Shown: positions 1 through 12,166 of the stretch, one piece after another
Numbering within the stretch: position 1 is the stretch's first letter
How the letters are laid out: each line of letters begins with the position of its first letter
NCBI GenBank assembly: GCA_026389365.1
Contig: JAPLHZ010000113.1
Location: forward strand, 1-63,960
DNA from: Cyanobacteriota bacterium
Lineage (GTDB): Bacteria; Cyanobacteriota; Cyanobacteriia; Leptolyngbyales; Leptolyngbyaceae
DNA length: 63,960 nt
Direction of reading: 5' to 3'
Translations under genes and position numbers: made by a program
Notes under the pieces: model-generated
Told to the model about the DNA's origin: nothing
The model's input: only the letters and a program-made list of their open reading frames with translations
Database searches by the model: none

Positions 1-186
1 CTTTGAAGGAAGCCGTTACTCTGCGATCAGTGGTAGAGCCTGCCTACCTAGCAAAACCGCTTTCTGCCAGAAAATGAAGAAAACCAGCTAGCTGCAAGGC
101 TTCTGGTTTCAGGATTAGATCTCAAATGGGTTCTATAGATAAATTAATAGAAGAACCGTTTGATAGTTAGCATGATTAACAACTCA

Positions 187-222
187 ATATAAAAGCCCTA
201 AGAAGTCAAAACTTCCTAAGGC
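187..222 (-). terminator. Rho-independent terminator candidate downstream of gltS
   Basis: Minus-strand RNA GCCUUAGGAAG-loop-CUUCUUAGGGC (11-bp stem including two G-U pairs; plus-strand arms 195-205 and 212-222), followed by UUUUAUAU. Confidence 0.5.
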
Positions 223-257
223 TTAATTCAACTGAGCTTTAATTACTCAACGACAAT

Positions 258-3200
258 CTAAACCGCGATCGCACTGACTATTTCAGCTTTTGCCTCAGGA
301 ATGTCTTTTTCCGACGGCGGCACCACTTGCCAGAACTTCAACAGAGAATTTGACCAATCGGCCAGAATTGCTTTCGCCTTCGGACTTCCAGTCTTCTCTG
401 CATGAGCTTCAATCAGCGACTTCAACTGGGTAACCCCAGCAGCCGAAATCACTCGCTGTACCGAAACAATCTCGGGATTAACCTTGGCCTGGAAACTACC
501 ATCTTCATCGAAGAAATAGGCCAAACCACCCGTCATCCCTGCACCGACATTCCGTCCGACATCGCCCAATACAACCACAACCCCGCCCGTCATGTATTCG
601 CAGCAATGATCACCTGCGCCCTCAATAACTGCCTGAGCTGACGAATTCCGCACTCCAAAGCGTTCACCCGCACGACCATTCGCAAACAAATATCCGCCCG
701 TCGCGCCATAGAGACAGGTGTTGCCGACGATGACACTGTCTGCCGCCACAAATCCCGCATCTTTTACCGGACGAATGATGATTTCTCCACCATTCATTCC
801 TTTGCCGACATAGTCATTGGATTCGCCATCGATCGTCAACGTCATGCAAGGCAAAATGAATGCCCCAAAACTTTGACCCGCCGATCCGACAAAGTTTAGA
901 TTAATTTTGCCACCAAATCCTGAATTCCCATAACGCTTGGCGATCGCCCCTGAAATTCTGGTCCCCACCGATCGATCGGTATTAACAATCTTCATTGTGG
1001 TTGCAAAATTAGTTTGATTTTGAATAGTAGATTGCAACGCATCATCAGCCAGCAATTCATCATCCAAAACATGACCGTTACTATGAACCTCTTCATGAAT
1101 TAACCAAGAGCGATCGGTACGAGTGTCTGGCAACTTGGTCAAACAATCTAAATTGAGCGACTGGGTTTTAGTCAATGCGGCATTTTCGCGAATCTTAAGC
1201 AAATCAGCACGGCCTACAATATCTTCTAGTTTTGTATAACCAAGTTTCGCCAACAACGATCGGACTTCTTCGGCAACAAACAAAAAGAAATTGACAACAT
1301 GTTCCGGAATTCCCGTAAACCGTTTACGAAGTTCCTCACGTTGAGTCGTAACGCCAACGGGACAACTATTGGTATGGCAAACCCGAGCCATGATGCAGCC
1401 CTCCGCAATCATCGCCACAGTCCCAAATCCATACTCCTCACCGCCCATCAGCGCGCCCATGATCACGTCCCAACCTGTCTTAAACCCACCATCGACTCGC
1501 AATAGAACCCGGTGTCGCAATTGGTTATTCATCAAGGTTCGATGAACTTCCGTCAATCCAAGTTCCCAAGGACTGCCCGCATGTTTAATCGAAGATAACG
1601 GCGAAGCTCCCGTTCCACCATCGTGGCCAGAGATCTGAATCACATCAGCATTTGCTTTTGCAACACCCGCCGCGATCGTACCAATGCCAACCTCTGCCAC
1701 AAGTTTGACCGAGACCTTAGCGATCGGATTTATTTGATGCAAGTCATAAATGAGCTGCGCCAAATCTTCAATGGAGTAAATATCATGGTGCGGCGGCGGC
1801 GAAATTAACGTCACGCCCGGTTTCGATCCGCGCAACTTGGCAATATATTCACTCACCTTTGGACCCGGAAGCTGACCGCCTTCTCCCGGTTTTGCACCTT
1901 GCGCGAGTTTAATCTCGATTTGCTTGGCACTCATCAAATACTCTGGCGTTACCCCAAAACGTCCCGAGGCCACCTGCTTAATTGCCGAACTCACCCGATC
2001 GCCATTTCGCAATCCCTTCAAATGCGGGAAAGTGGCCGAAACTCCATCCGTCACGTCATTCACGGGACGATAGCGAATATCTTCCTCACCGCCTTCACCA
2101 GAATTAGACTTTGCCCCCAGACGGTTCATCGCGATCGCCAAAACCTCATGGGCCTCACGGGACAACGCCCCCAAGGACATTCCACCCGTTGCAAATCGCT
2201 TACAAATTTCGGTCGCGGATTCGACATTTTCTAGGGGAATCGAGGCCCGATCGCTGTTCAGATCCAATAGATCTCGCAGCGCTGTCAAAGGCCTACCCGA
2301 TAGGTGTTTCTGATAGAGCGCATAGTGATCGTAGTTTTTGTCGGCCACCGCCTTATGAAGAGACTTGGACATTTCAGGACTATTCATGTGATATTCGCCG
2401 CCGGGACGATATTGCACAAAGCCGTAGTTTTCCAATTTCTTAATGGCGATTTCGGGGAATGCTCGCGTGTGGAAAGACAGAATTTCGTTGGCTAAGTCTT
2501 TCAGGGTCAGGCCACCCAATCGAGATGGAGTGCCATAAAACGCTGTATTGAGCAAGTCGCCACCAATGCCGATCGCCTCAAAAATCTGCGCCCCGTGATA
2601 GCTCGACAGCAGCGAAATTCCCATCTTCGACAAGATTTTTAGGAGTCCATTTTGAATTGATTTACGGAAATTTTCCTGTGCGCCGATCAAACTAATTTTA
2701 CTCAGCTTGCCGGTTTCCATCAGCTTCTGAGTACGCGGGGTTGCCCACCAATGACGAACCGCTTCCAATGCCAGGTAAGGACAAACCGCACTCGCCCCAT
2801 ACCCAACTAAACAAGCAAAGTGATGCGTACTCCAAGCCTGAGCCGTATCTACAATGACAGAAGCGTTCATGCGCAAGCCTTGACGAATCAAGAAGTGATG
2901 AACCGCACCAACCGCAACTAGAGGCGGAATGTAGCTCATTTCATCCGTGAGCTGAGTGCTATTGCCATCTGCGTCAATCCGATCGCTCAGGATCAAGATT
3001 TCTTTCCCACTACGCACCAGTTCAGCCGCATTCTCACACAATGCAGTCAATGCGATCGACAGACCATCCGGACCAGACTTAATGTCGTACAACGTCGAAA
3101 GGCTCCCAGCTGGAATTTCGCCCTGTCTGATGGCTTCCAGTTCCGTATCAATCACCACAGATGACTCTAGCACCAAGGTCCGAGCTAGGGCTGCATTAGG

Positions 3201-4985
3201 TTCTAATAGATTTCCCTTTGCCCCGAGACTCATGGTCAGAGACATGACTAGCTTTTCCCGTAGGGGATCGATCGCCGGATTGGTCACCTGAGCAAATCGC
3301 TGTTTGAAGTAGTTGTACAGCAACTGAGGTTTAGCCGACAGTACCGCCAACGGCGTATCATCGCCCATACAGAACGTCGGTTCTTTGCCCTGCGCACCCA
3401 TTTCATTGATGATCATGTCCACATCTTCAGCGCTGTAACCAAATGCGGTTTGAAGACGCAGAAGAGACGCAGTATCGCAAACTTCCTTCTCCCCAAAAGA
3501 GGAACTTTCGATCGTTTGACGATTTTGACGGAGCCATTCGCCGTAGGGATGTTGACGAGCGATCGTCTTTTTCAGATCCCAATTTTTCAAGATAGTCTTG
3601 CTCTCCAAATCAAACGCAATCATTTCCCCAGGCCCAAGCCGACCTTTTTCGATAATTTCGGACTCATCCAACGGCACCACGCCCGCTTCCGATCCCACAA
3701 CAATGTAACCATCACGGGTAATCGCATACCGAGCCGGACGTAAGCCGTTCCGATCGAGGGCGGCACCCACCATTTTGCCATCGGTAAAGGCCAACAGCGC
3801 CGGACCATCCCAAGCTTCCTGAAGTCCGCTGTAATAGTCATAGAAATCAGTAATTTCGGGATACTGCAACAGCGCAGGCTGATTTTTATACGCTTCCGGC
3901 ACCATGATCATCAACGATTCCATGGGACTCCGGCCCGCCCGCACCATGACTTCACAAACATTGTCCAAGGTGGCCGAATCGCTGTTAGTCGGATCAACAA
4001 TGGGCTTCAGTGCTTCAATCTGCTCACCAAAATTTGGGTGGGCAAGGCTTGACTCCTTAGCCATGGTCCAATTGATATTGCCAAGCAACGTATTAATTTC
4101 GCCATTGTGACCCAGCAATCGCATTGGTTGTGCTAGAGGCCATTTTGGCAGAGTATTTGTACTGAAGCGTCGATGATAGACAGAGAAACTGCTGGTGTAA
4201 TCCGCGTTCTGCAAATCTAAATAAAATGCTCCCAAGATTTCCGATCGCACCATGCCTTTGTAGACAATGGTACGGCTAGAGCAAGAGCAGAAATAAAACT
4301 CGGGGGATTCTATTGCTTTTTCAACCTTTTTACGAGCAATGTAGAGCTGCTGTTCAAGCTCATCACCAGACTTGGAAGAGGTGACGATCGCTTGGAAAAT
4401 GCCTGGAAGGTTCTCCAGAGCTTGACGGCCCAAAACCTGAGCATTTGTCGGAACACTGCGCCAGCCAATCCAAGTAAATCCTTCTTGAACGAAGATTTCT
4501 TCTACCGTTTTTTTTGCGGTGCCCGCGATCGTTTCATCCGGTGGCAGGAAAATCATCGCAACGCCAGTATTGGCAGCAGTCAAGCTTGATTTCCCTGAGC
4601 TTGATCCTAGGGAAGTTGCCCATTGATTCAATAAGTCCCAAGGTAATCCCAACATTACGCCTGCGCCATCGCCTGAGTCTTGGTCTGCACTACAACCGCC
4701 CCGATGTTCCATACATCCCAAGGCAATCAGCGTCTTCTCCACCAAATCATGGGTAGAACGGCCTTGCTGGTCGGTGATAAACCCAACTCCACATGCATCT
4801 CGTTCTTCCACTAACCAAGGCTGTCCGGCAAATCCGTTACTTTCTACAGCAAAGTTTTTAGAAACCGAAGTTCCAGAAACTTGAGCGACAGAAAGCAATG
4901 GATCCAGTGCGAGATGGCGCAGTATGGAGGATGAATTGTGATCGTTACCGGACTGATTACCCATGACATGGTTCATTGCGTTCAT
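258..4985 (-). CDS. gltS: Ferredoxin-dependent glutamate synthase (Fd-GOGAT), single chain
   Basis: 1575-aa ORF. Amidotransferase catalytic Cys in [10 protein letters not shown], central FMN/Fe-S region, C-terminal Gly-rich beta-helix ([19 protein letters not shown]). Size typical of the Fd-dependent enzyme. Confidence 0.95.
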   Translation of the reverse strand: MNAMNHVMGNQSGNDHNSSSILRHLALDPLLSVAQVSGTSVSKNFAVESNGFAGQPWLVEERDACGVGFITDQQGRSTHDLVEKTLIALGCMEHRGGCSADQDSGDGAGVMLGLPWDLLNQWATSLGSSSGKSSLTAANTGVAMIFLPPDETIAGTAKKTVEEIFVQEGFTWIGWRSVPTNAQVLGRQALENLPGIFQAIVTSSKSGDELEQQLYIARKKVEKAIESPEFYFCSCSSRTIVYKGMVRSEILGAFYLDLQNADYTSSFSVYHRRFSTNTLPKWPLAQPMRLLGHNGEINTLLGNINWTMAKESSLAHPNFGEQIEALKPIVDPTNSDSATLDNVCEVMVRAGRSPMESLMIMVPEAYKNQPALLQYPEITDFYDYYSGLQEAWDGPALLAFTDGKMVGAALDRNGLRPARYAITRDGYIVVGSEAGVVPLDESEIIEKGRLGPGEMIAFDLESKTILKNWDLKKTIARQHPYGEWLRQNRQTIESSSFGEKEVCDTASLLRLQTAFGYSAEDVDMIINEMGAQGKEPTFCMGDDTPLAVLSAKPQLLYNYFKQRFAQVTNPAIDPLREKLVMSLTMSLGAKGNLLEPNAALARTLVLESSVVIDTELEAIRQGEIPAGSLSTLYDIKSGPDGLSIALTALCENAAELVRSGKEILILSDRIDADGNSTQLTDEMSYIPPLVAVGAVHHFLIRQGLRMNASVIVDTAQAWSTHHFACLVGYGASAVCPYLALEAVRHWWATPRTQKLMETGKLSKISLIGAQENFRKSIQNGLLKILSKMGISLLSSYHGAQIFEAIGIGGDLLNTAFYGTPSRLGGLTLKDLANEILSFHTRAFPEIAIKKLENYGFVQYRPGGEYHMNSPEMSKSLHKAVADKNYDHYALYQKHLSGRPLTALRDLLDLNSDRASIPLENVESATEICKRFATGGMSLGALSREAHEVLAIAMNRLGAKSNSGEGGEEDIRYRPVNDVTDGVSATFPHLKGLRNGDRVSSAIKQVASGRFGVTPEYLMSAKQIEIKLAQGAKPGEGGQLPGPKVSEYIAKLRGSKPGVTLISPPPHHDIYSIEDLAQLIYDLHQINPIAKVSVKLVAEVGIGTIAAGVAKANADVIQISGHDGGTGASPLSSIKHAGSPWELGLTEVHRTLMNNQLRHRVLLRVDGGFKTGWDVIMGALMGGEEYGFGTVAMIAEGCIMARVCHTNSCPVGVTTQREELRKRFTGIPEHVVNFFLFVAEEVRSLLAKLGYTKLEDIVGRADLLKIRENAALTKTQSLNLDCLTKLPDTRTDRSWLIHEEVHSNGHVLDDELLADDALQSTIQNQTNFATTMKIVNTDRSVGTRISGAIAKRYGNSGFGGKINLNFVGSAGQSFGAFILPCMTLTIDGESNDYVGKGMNGGEIIIRPVKDAGFVAADSVIVGNTCLYGATGGYLFANGRAGERFGVRNSSAQAVIEGAGDHCCEYMTGGVVVVLGDVGRNVGAGMTGGLAYFFDEDGSFQAKVNPEIVSVQRVISAAGVTQLKSLIEAHAEKTGSPKAKAILADWSNSLLKFWQVVPPSEKDIPEAKAEIVSAIAV

Positions 4986-5470
4986 TATCTGAGAGAAGTT
5001 GGACTGAAAATTCAGGTGATGGAAAATTAATCCATCAATGTAAAGTGCCTAATAAGGTTAGGACTTGGTGTGATGCAGATACACGACAGATTCAAAGAAT
5101 AGGGTGCTAGCTCAAAACTAGCAAGCATCAACATTTCCGGCAATCGGTTTTTTTCGGGTAGATTAATCTGTATCGGCGAACTATTTGCAAATCGAACCGC
5201 GTTCAGTGACCTTAGATTTAGGACAAGCTCCCAAATCTAAGGTCTAATCCCAGAGAAACCGCATCTGCATCGATCGAAAATGCATAGAGTAGGAAATTCT
5301 ATAGAAATTATCAGCTTCTGACAATCCCTAAATTATAACGTCCCTAAAATCCTATGCAACTTCCCCTGAATTCATTCTGGCAGCTTATGCTTTTTGTTGA
5401 ATCATTTCAGTGCTTTACGAGCATTTTAGTCAGTCAATCCACACTCAAGTCATTGATATTTAATCTATGT

Positions 5471-7396
5471 ATGGCCACTCCGATGGTAACTAAATCCGTC
5501 TTGGTTGCAATGGGCGTTCTGATGAGCTTTCCAACGATCGCCTCAGCTGATCCATCTCTTGCGCCGTTGGGCGTCCCCGTTTCTCCATCCGTCCCCAGCG
5601 GTTCTTTTACTAGGCCTCCTATTCCCGTCCGTTCCTCTTTTCCCATCCGCCAGAAGCTATCTTTGGAATTACAACCGCAAATCTTGATCAATAATCAGAT
5701 CCATAACCTGCCGTGGATCCAGTGGCAAACTGAAAAAGGATTACGCATTGGGGTTGCGGAGGGGGCGATGCGCCAGATTTTCGGGGTTGATTTTTTAAGT
5801 ACCAACGATGCCACTCAACAACCGATCGCTTGGTTCAGTGATGATCGTTCGACTGCCCTATTGCCCGTAAAATTTGTCTCCCCCGATCGATACCTAGACA
5901 TTACAGATTGGGCTAATTCGCTAGGTTGGCAACTAAAACCCCAAGCCCAACAGCTCACCATCACGACTCCTACTAGCACTTTAACTCAACTCTTTCAAGG
6001 GCCTCAGAGCCAGATGAGTAAAATGGGCCAAATGGGTAAACAGGTTCCACTGATTCCATCTGGAACTTCTCCTGCGCTAGAGCTTCCTGGAACCGATCGA
6101 ATCGTGTTAGAACTCGATCAACCCACTCTGTTTCAAGTTGATCCTCGGAGTCAAGATTGGACGTTGCGTCTAAATAGTCAGATCAATCCTGCCACGCTGG
6201 CCCTATTTAAACCCAAACCCAGCCAGAAAATAGCCTCTCTTTCTCTTCAAGCAGAGGGAACTCAAAGCGTTCTAAAACTAGGGATTCCCCTGACGACTCG
6301 CCCAGTCGTCACAACCCTGTCAAACCCGCCGCGCATTGTCATTGATGTTGGCATTGCATCACCCCGCACCCAAAGTATTCTCTGGCAGCCTGGAATTAAG
6401 TGGCAGCAACAGTTACTAACGATCGGCAACCAGTCTTTCACAGTGATCTCCTTTGAAGTAAGCCCCAAAACTCCAGGACTAATGCTGCGGCCTATACTGC
6501 CTAATTCTGTGCAACTGGCTGGGATTGCGCCTTTAATTCAGACCGCTCAGCAGGCGAAAAGCGTGGTGGCGATGAATGGGGGATTTTTCAACCGAATCAA
6601 TCAACTGCCGCTAGGGCTTATCAAAATTGATGGTCAGGTGAAATCGGGACCGATTCTCAACCGAGGGGTGATGGCTTGGGATCGGGCGGGAACGTTTGAA
6701 TTCGATCGCTACAGCCTTCAGGAAACCGCCACAATAGGGCAACAATCTTTCCCCCTGACCCACTTAAATAGTGCCTACGTTCAAGCCGGAATTGCCCGCT
6801 ATACCCCTGCTTGGGGCAACAGCTACAGAACCCTTTCCGACAATGAAATCGTCATGGAAGTCGTAGCCGATCGCATCACCACTCAAACTCCAGTCCCAAC
6901 GGCTGGAACCAGTATTTCGATGCCATCCAATGGCTATCTGCTGACCTTCCGTTCTAACAAAACCGCCGCTGCTACCGTGACTCCCGGAGCCACTGTCAGC
7001 CTAGCCATGGTGTCGAGTAATCCTCGCATTGCGGCATTTCCCTACGCCCTCGGCGGCGGCCCATTGCTGATCAAAGATAGGCAAGTAGTTCTAGATGCAG
7101 TAGCAGAAAAATTCAGCCCCGCATTTATTCGAGAACGGGCGGCTCGGAGTGCGGTCGGACGGACTAATACGGGTAATCTTCTTATGGTTACGGTCCATCC
7201 AGCGATCGGGCGGGGCGGGGCAACATTGCTCGACATGGCGCAAATTATGCAGCAGCTCGGGGCGATCGATGCCCTGAATTTCGATGGTGGGAGTTCAACT
7301 ACTCTTTATCTAGGAGGAACAGGCGGTCAAATTCTCGATCGTCCCTCACGCAGCAGTGCTCGGGTCCACAATGCGATCGGAATATTTAAAGAGTGA
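5471..7396 (+). CDS. Secreted phosphodiester glycosidase (NAGPA/DUF2233-like) family protein with AMIN-like segment
   Basis: ORF 5354-7396. Start moved to ATG 5471, which gives signal peptide MATPMVTKSVLVAMGVLMSFPTIASA. Motifs PPRIVIDVG, AMNGGFF, NFDGGSSTT. Confidence 0.6.
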   Translation: MATPMVTKSVLVAMGVLMSFPTIASADPSLAPLGVPVSPSVPSGSFTRPPIPVRSSFPIRQKLSLELQPQILINNQIHNLPWIQWQTEKGLRIGVAEGAMRQIFGVDFLSTNDATQQPIAWFSDDRSTALLPVKFVSPDRYLDITDWANSLGWQLKPQAQQLTITTPTSTLTQLFQGPQSQMSKMGQMGKQVPLIPSGTSPALELPGTDRIVLELDQPTLFQVDPRSQDWTLRLNSQINPATLALFKPKPSQKIASLSLQAEGTQSVLKLGIPLTTRPVVTTLSNPPRIVIDVGIASPRTQSILWQPGIKWQQQLLTIGNQSFTVISFEVSPKTPGLMLRPILPNSVQLAGIAPLIQTAQQAKSVVAMNGGFFNRINQLPLGLIKIDGQVKSGPILNRGVMAWDRAGTFEFDRYSLQETATIGQQSFPLTHLNSAYVQAGIARYTPAWGNSYRTLSDNEIVMEVVADRITTQTPVPTAGTSISMPSNGYLLTFRSNKTAAATVTPGATVSLAMVSSNPRIAAFPYALGGGPLLIKDRQVVLDAVAEKFSPAFIRERAARSAVGRTNTGNLLMVTVHPAIGRGGATLLDMAQIMQQLGAIDALNFDGGSSTTLYLGGTGGQILDRPSRSSARVHNAIGIFKE

Positions 7397-7637
7397 TCTA
7401 ACCCAAGTTCGTCAAACTTTTTACATTTATCGGTGGTTGAATGAAAGTTTTATAAACCTCTGGGTAATTATAGGAGCAGCATCCAGTCTGGTCTGATAGG
7501 TTGTGATTGAACTGGCGATCGACGAACCTAGTGGATTTACCATCCCATAAGCCGCAATACGAGGTTTTAAAGAAGTGAATCCACACTTCAATCCACCTCT
7601 GAAGGACTTTTGAACAATATTGTAGGAGATAAATACC

Positions 7638-8060
7638 ATGGCTCAAATTCAAGAAATTTCACAAACACCAACACTAACCCTCACACCCAACGCCTTTAAA
7701 GGAGTCGCGGCCACCGAGCTTCGGCCTTGGGGTTCCTTCACTATTTTAGAGGAAGGTCGCGGCTACAAAATTAAACGCATTGAGGTCAAACCCGGCCATC
7801 GTCTGAGCTTACAGATGCACCACCACCGCAGCGAACATTGGATCGTCGTTGCTGGAACCGCACGAGTTTGGTGTGGCGAAGCCGAGCAGATCTTAAGTGT
7901 AAATCAGTCCACCTATGTTCCGCAATGTACCACTCACCGCCTAGAAAACCCCGGTGTGATTTCTCTGATACTAATCGAAGTCCAGAATGGTGAATATCTG
8001 GGCGAAGACGATATCGTTCGCTTCCAAGATGACTATGCTCGAGTGAGTACCTCGAACTAG
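7638..8060 (+). CDS. Stand-alone cupin, phosphomannose isomerase type II C-terminal domain family
   Basis: 140 aa. RPWGSF...IKRIEVKPGHRLSLQMHHHRSEHW cupin metal motif. Confidence 0.7.
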   Translation: MAQIQEISQTPTLTLTPNAFKGVAATELRPWGSFTILEEGRGYKIKRIEVKPGHRLSLQMHHHRSEHWIVVAGTARVWCGEAEQILSVNQSTYVPQCTTHRLENPGVISLILIEVQNGEYLGEDDIVRFQDDYARVSTSN

Positions 8061-8101
8061 AGTTGAATTTTCAACCTTTAGAATTATTAATCCTGAGATT
8101 G

Positions 8102-8135
8102 GACCGTCTAAAACGCTTAGGCGGTCTTTGTTTTG
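8102..8135 (+). terminator. Rho-independent terminator candidate after the cupin gene
   Basis: GACCGTCTA (8102-8110) pairs with TAGGCGGTC (8118-8126), 7-nt loop, then TTTGTTTTG. Confidence 0.55.
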
Positions 8136-8188
8136 TGGACATCATGATAAAACTAATCCATTGAAACTCTATTCTCTGCCAAGATTTT

Positions 8189-8518
8189 ATGATTCAGTTT
8201 ACCCCTGCTGCTCTGACGGAGGTCGATCGTCTCCGCCATCGCCAAGCGACCCCTCAAGATTATTGCCGGATTCAAGTTCAAGCTGGCGGCTGTTTAGGAC
8301 TCTCCTATCGCCTATCATTTGTCCATCAGCCTGCTGAAGATGACCACGTAATCCAATGTGGAATTGCGATCGCCTGTGAAGATCTAGCAATGTTACAGGG
8401 GTTGTCTGTAGACTATGCCGAAGACCTAATGGGCGGTAATTTTAGGTTTGAAAATCCCCAAGCTTCGAGCATTTGTGGCTGTGGTAGCTCGTTTTCACCC
8501 GTTGTACGATCGCAGTAG
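8189..8518 (+). CDS. Iron-sulfur cluster assembly accessory protein (HesB/IscA family)
   Basis: 109 aa. Cys in QAGGCLG and C-terminal CGCGSSF signature. Confidence 0.8.
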   Translation: MIQFTPAALTEVDRLRHRQATPQDYCRIQVQAGGCLGLSYRLSFVHQPAEDDHVIQCGIAIACEDLAMLQGLSVDYAEDLMGGNFRFENPQASSICGCGSSFSPVVRSQ

Positions 8519-8551
8519 AATGGTGAGCCGAAAATCAAATCTCTGAATGAA

Positions 8552-8581
8552 TTGACAGGATTCACTTAGCCTTGGTAATAT
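8552..8581 (+). promoter_or_regulatory. Sigma-70-type promoter candidate for the str operon
   Basis: TTGACA (8552-8557), 18-nt spacer, TAATAT (8576-8581), about 47 nt upstream of the rpsL ATG. Confidence 0.45.
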
Positions 8582-8627
8582 CAGTGGTCGTTAAAGTTTG
8601 GAATTAGCCTACATTTAAGGCAATAAG

Positions 8628-9023
8628 ATGCCCACAATTCAGCAACTTATTCGAGATGAGCGCAACCGCGCCAGCAAGAAAACAAAGTCCCCTGCGCTCA
8701 AGGCTTGTCCTCAGCGTCGTGGTGTCTGTACTCGTGTGTACACAACAACTCCGAAAAAACCGAACTCTGCGCTCCGCAAGGTCGCACGGGTACGTTTAAC
8801 ATCTGGGTTTGAAGTCACCGCTTACATTCCCGGTATCGGTCATAACCTGCAAGAACACTCCGTCGTGATGATTCGCGGTGGTCGTGTAAAAGACTTGCCG
8901 GGTGTGCGTTATCACATTATTCGCGGAACCCTTGACACTGCTGGTGTTAAAGACCGTAAGCAAAGTCGTTCCAAGTATGGCGCCAAGCGTCCGAAAGCTG
9001 GTGCTGCTACAGGCAAGAAGTAA
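8628..9023 (+). CDS. rpsL: 30S ribosomal protein S12
   Basis: 131 aa. MPTIQQLIR...[10 protein letters not shown]...[13 protein letters not shown] classic S12 sequence. Confidence 0.97.
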   Translation: MPTIQQLIRDERNRASKKTKSPALKACPQRRGVCTRVYTTTPKKPNSALRKVARVRLTSGFEVTAYIPGIGHNLQEHSVVMIRGGRVKDLPGVRYHIIRGTLDTAGVKDRKQSRSKYGAKRPKAGAATGKK

Positions 9024-9388
9024 TTCATGAATGCAGAATTGTCCGAAGGAAAATTCTCTAGGCAATTTGGCAAATGTGAATCCTATTTTTGGACTTCATG
9101 TCAATAGATCACCTCGCCAACCACATTAAAGAGAAAGACCTCAAGAGTTGTAAGTTCTTTTCTCTCAAGGTTTATAGGATGCTTCAGTTCTCACCCTGAT
9201 GTCATCTGCTAGGTCGAACCACAAGGATTATGAGTTTCATGAAGGAATTTGTGCTGAATTCCGAAACCAATCTTTGAGGTTGAGAGAGCCTAGCATTTTT
9301 TGCGTTAAGTCAGCGTCATGGCGCAAATTGCAAAATGATGGCTGTTTCTTTCCGCTCTCTAGCTATCTCAACTCTGAAAGGATTCAAT

Positions 9389-9859
9389 ATGTCTCGTCGC
9401 GTAACAATCAAAAAACGTCCGGTCCCAGCAGACCCCGTCTATGGATCACGGCTCGTCACAATGACTTCCCGTCGCATCATGCGTAGCGGTAAGAAGTCAG
9501 TCGCGAATCGGATCATTTATGATGCCTTTGACATCATTAAAGAAAAAACGGCAACCGATCCCATGGAAGTCTTTGAAAAAGCGGTCAAAAATACAACCCC
9601 CTTGGTTGAAGTGAAAGCTCGCCGAGTCGGTGGTGCGACCTATCAAGTGCCCATGGAAGTGAAGACCGATCGCGGAATTGCACTTTCACTTCGATGGCTC
9701 ATTCAGTACTCCCGCGCTCGTGCCGGGAAGTCCATGGCTAGTAAATTTGCCAATGAACTAATGGATGCAGCAAATCAAACCGGAAGCGCAATCCGTAAAC
9801 GGGAAGAAACTCACCGGATGGCCGAAGCGAATAAGGCGTTTGCCCACTATCGCTATTAG
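9389..9859 (+). CDS. rpsG: 30S ribosomal protein S7
   Basis: ORF 9335-9859. Conserved S7 sequence begins at [10 protein letters not shown] (ATG 9389), 156 aa. Ends ...AFAHYRY. Confidence 0.95.
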   Translation: MSRRVTIKKRPVPADPVYGSRLVTMTSRRIMRSGKKSVANRIIYDAFDIIKEKTATDPMEVFEKAVKNTTPLVEVKARRVGGATYQVPMEVKTDRGIALSLRWLIQYSRARAGKSMASKFANELMDAANQTGSAIRKREETHRMAEANKAFAHYRY

Positions 9860-9878
9860 TCTCTAGGTTAGTCCTGTG

Positions 9879-9917
9879 GAATTGATAGTTCATGCCTTAA
9901 ATATGAACTATCAATTC
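9879..9917 (+). repeat. Perfect 15-bp hairpin in the rpsG-fusA spacer
   Basis: GAATTGATAGTTCAT (9879-9893) and ATGAACTATCAATTC (9903-9917) are exact reverse complements. 9-nt loop, no U-tract. Confidence 0.7.
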
Positions 9918-10020
9918 AGTATAAAGACATATAGAATTTGAATGGTGTAGCTAAATATTTCTCCCTTAGTGGGGTCATATTTTAGTCACCAAAACTTTAA
10001 CCACGATCGAGGAGGTCCCC

Positions 10021-12144
10021 GTGGCTCGTACCGTTCCGCTCGACAGAGTACGAAACATCGGAATTGCTGCCCACATTGATGCGGGCAAGACGACCACAAC
10101 GGAACGGATTCTGTTCTATTCCGGAGTGGTCCATAAAATTGGCGAAGTCCATGACGGCGGCGCTACCACCGACTGGATGGAGCAGGAGAAAGAGCGCGGT
10201 ATTACCATTACGGCGGCTGCAATCAGCACCCAGTGGACGCGTCGCGATCCTGAAAAGCCAAACCTGCCTCAAGAAGGTGCGTTTGAACACAAAATCAACA
10301 TTATTGATACTCCTGGACACGTAGACTTCACGATCGAAGTTGAACGTTCTATGCGGGTTCTTGATGGTGTGATCGCCGTGTTCTGTTCCGTGGGTGGGGT
10401 TCAACCTCAGTCCGAAACAGTTTGGAAGCAAGCGAATCGCTACAGCGTTCCCAAGGTCATCTTTGTTAACAAGATGGATCGTACAGGTGCTGACTTTTAT
10501 AAGGTTTATGGCCAAGTAAAAGATCGCCTGCAAGCGCCTGCCATACCTTTGCAGTTGCCGATCGGTGCTGAAGAAGGCTTTAAAGGTATCGTAGACTTAG
10601 TGCGAATGAAAGCCTATGTCCATAAAGATGACCTAGGTAAGGATATTGAAGTCGTCGATATTCCTGATGATCTGAAAGAACGTGCGGCTGAATTTCGCGT
10701 CATTTTGATCGAAGCTGTAGCTGGAACCGATGATGCGCTGATGGAAAAGTATTTCGCCGGTGAGGAATTCACTGTCGCCGAAATCCAAAAAGCAGTTCGT
10801 ACAGGTGTACTTACGGGTGCTATTGTTCCAATGTTCTGTGGCTCAGCCTTTAAGAACAAAGGAGTTCAACAGCTACTTGATGCGGTTGTGGACTACATGC
10901 CCGCACCGATCGATGTCAAGGCAATTCAAGGCACCATGCCCGATGGCTCTATCCAAGAGCGTCCGGCAGATGACAATCAGCCTTTGGCAGCTCTCGCCTT
11001 TAAGGTGATGACTGACAAATTCGTGGGTCGCTTGACGTTCGTTCGGGTCTATTCCGGCGTTCTGTCCAAGGGTACCTACATCTACAACACCACCAAGGAT
11101 AAGAAAGAGCGAGTTTCTCGTTTAATCATCCTGAAAGCGGATGAGCGGATTGATGTGGACGAGCTACGTGCTGGAGATTTGGGCGCAATTCCTGGTCTTT
11201 CCGACACGTTGACCGGAGATACTCTAACTCCTGAAGGCGACACCATCGTGTTGGAGTCATTGTTCATTCCTGAACCTGTGATTTCCGTTGCTGTTGAGCC
11301 TAAGACTAAGAGCGACATGGAAAAACTTTCCAAAGCACTTAAGGCTTTGTCTGAGGAAGATCCAACGTTCCGCGTCAGAATTGATCATGAAACGAACCAA
11401 ACTGTGATCGCTGGAATGGGTGAACTTCACCTAGAAATTCTGGTCGATCGCATGAAGCGTGAGTTCAAGGTTGAAGCAGATGTGGGCGCACCTCAAGTCG
11501 CTTACCGAGAGACCATCCGGAAGCTGGTTAAAGCAGAAGGGCGATTTGTTCGTCAATCCGGTGGTAAAGGTCAATATGGTCACGTTGTGATCACCGTTGA
11601 ACCGGGCGAAGCGGGTTGCGGCTTTGAGTTTGTCTCCAAGGTCGTTGGTGGTACGGTTCCGAGAGAATATGTCGGGCCTGCTGAAGCGGGTATGAAAGAA
11701 GCTTGCGAATCCGGTGTGATTGCAGGTTATCCTTTAATTGATGTGAAAGCCACCTTGATCGATGGGTCTTACCACGATGTTGACTCCAACGAAATGGCGT
11801 TTAAAATTGCCGGATCGATGGCACTTAAAGAAGCTGTGTTGAAGGCTTCTCCGGTATTGCTAGAGCCTGTGATGAAAGTCGAGGTCGAAGCACCGGAAGA
11901 CTACATTGGACCCGTGATGGGGAACTTGATTTCTCGTCGTGGCCAAATCGAATCCCAAGGCGTAGAGCGTGGGATTGCGAAAGTAGTCACCAAAGTACCA
12001 TTGGCTGAAATGTTTGGTTACGCAACCGACATTCGGTCCATGACCCAGGGTCGTGGTACTTTTACGATGGAGTTTAGCGCCTACGAGGAAGTTCCTCGGA
12101 ACGTAGCTGAAGCTATCATCGCCAAAAACAAAGGGAACGCTTAG
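10021..12144 (+). CDS. fusA: Elongation factor G
   Basis: 707 aa, GTG start. G-domain motifs [18 protein letters not shown]. Confidence 0.97.
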   Translation: MARTVPLDRVRNIGIAAHIDAGKTTTTERILFYSGVVHKIGEVHDGGATTDWMEQEKERGITITAAAISTQWTRRDPEKPNLPQEGAFEHKINIIDTPGHVDFTIEVERSMRVLDGVIAVFCSVGGVQPQSETVWKQANRYSVPKVIFVNKMDRTGADFYKVYGQVKDRLQAPAIPLQLPIGAEEGFKGIVDLVRMKAYVHKDDLGKDIEVVDIPDDLKERAAEFRVILIEAVAGTDDALMEKYFAGEEFTVAEIQKAVRTGVLTGAIVPMFCGSAFKNKGVQQLLDAVVDYMPAPIDVKAIQGTMPDGSIQERPADDNQPLAALAFKVMTDKFVGRLTFVRVYSGVLSKGTYIYNTTKDKKERVSRLIILKADERIDVDELRAGDLGAIPGLSDTLTGDTLTPEGDTIVLESLFIPEPVISVAVEPKTKSDMEKLSKALKALSEEDPTFRVRIDHETNQTVIAGMGELHLEILVDRMKREFKVEADVGAPQVAYRETIRKLVKAEGRFVRQSGGKGQYGHVVITVEPGEAGCGFEFVSKVVGGTVPREYVGPAEAGMKEACESGVIAGYPLIDVKATLIDGSYHDVDSNEMAFKIAGSMALKEAVLKASPVLLEPVMKVEVEAPEDYIGPVMGNLISRRGQIESQGVERGIAKVVTKVPLAEMFGYATDIRSMTQGRGTFTMEFSAYEEVPRNVAEAIIAKNKGNA

Positions 12145-12166
12145 TTTGCAAGAGGAACTGTAAAAA

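Noticed and set aside
1-112. Possible 3' end of a plus-strand gene (frame 3 reads LKEAVTLRSVVEPAYLAKPLSARK-stop) and a 7-bp hairpin at about 85-112
   Set aside because: It is too short (24 codons) and cut by the window edge, so it cannot be supported as a feature.
402-4756. Many 60-111-aa ORFs on the plus strand, plus two on the minus strand, inside gltS
   Set aside because: All are nested within or antisense to the 1575-aa glutamate synthase ORF, whose frame is unambiguous. They are typical alternative-frame noise.
5158-5171. GTA-N8-TGT, a near NtcA box upstream of gltS and the glycosidase gene
   Set aside because: The second half-site is TGT, not TAC, and I could not pair it with a suitably spaced -10 box.
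9199-9486. 95-aa ORF in the rpsL-rpsG spacer
   Set aside because: It overlaps the true rpsG start out of frame and has no SD or motif. It is probably spurious, and the spacer is reported instead as a possible regulatory leader.
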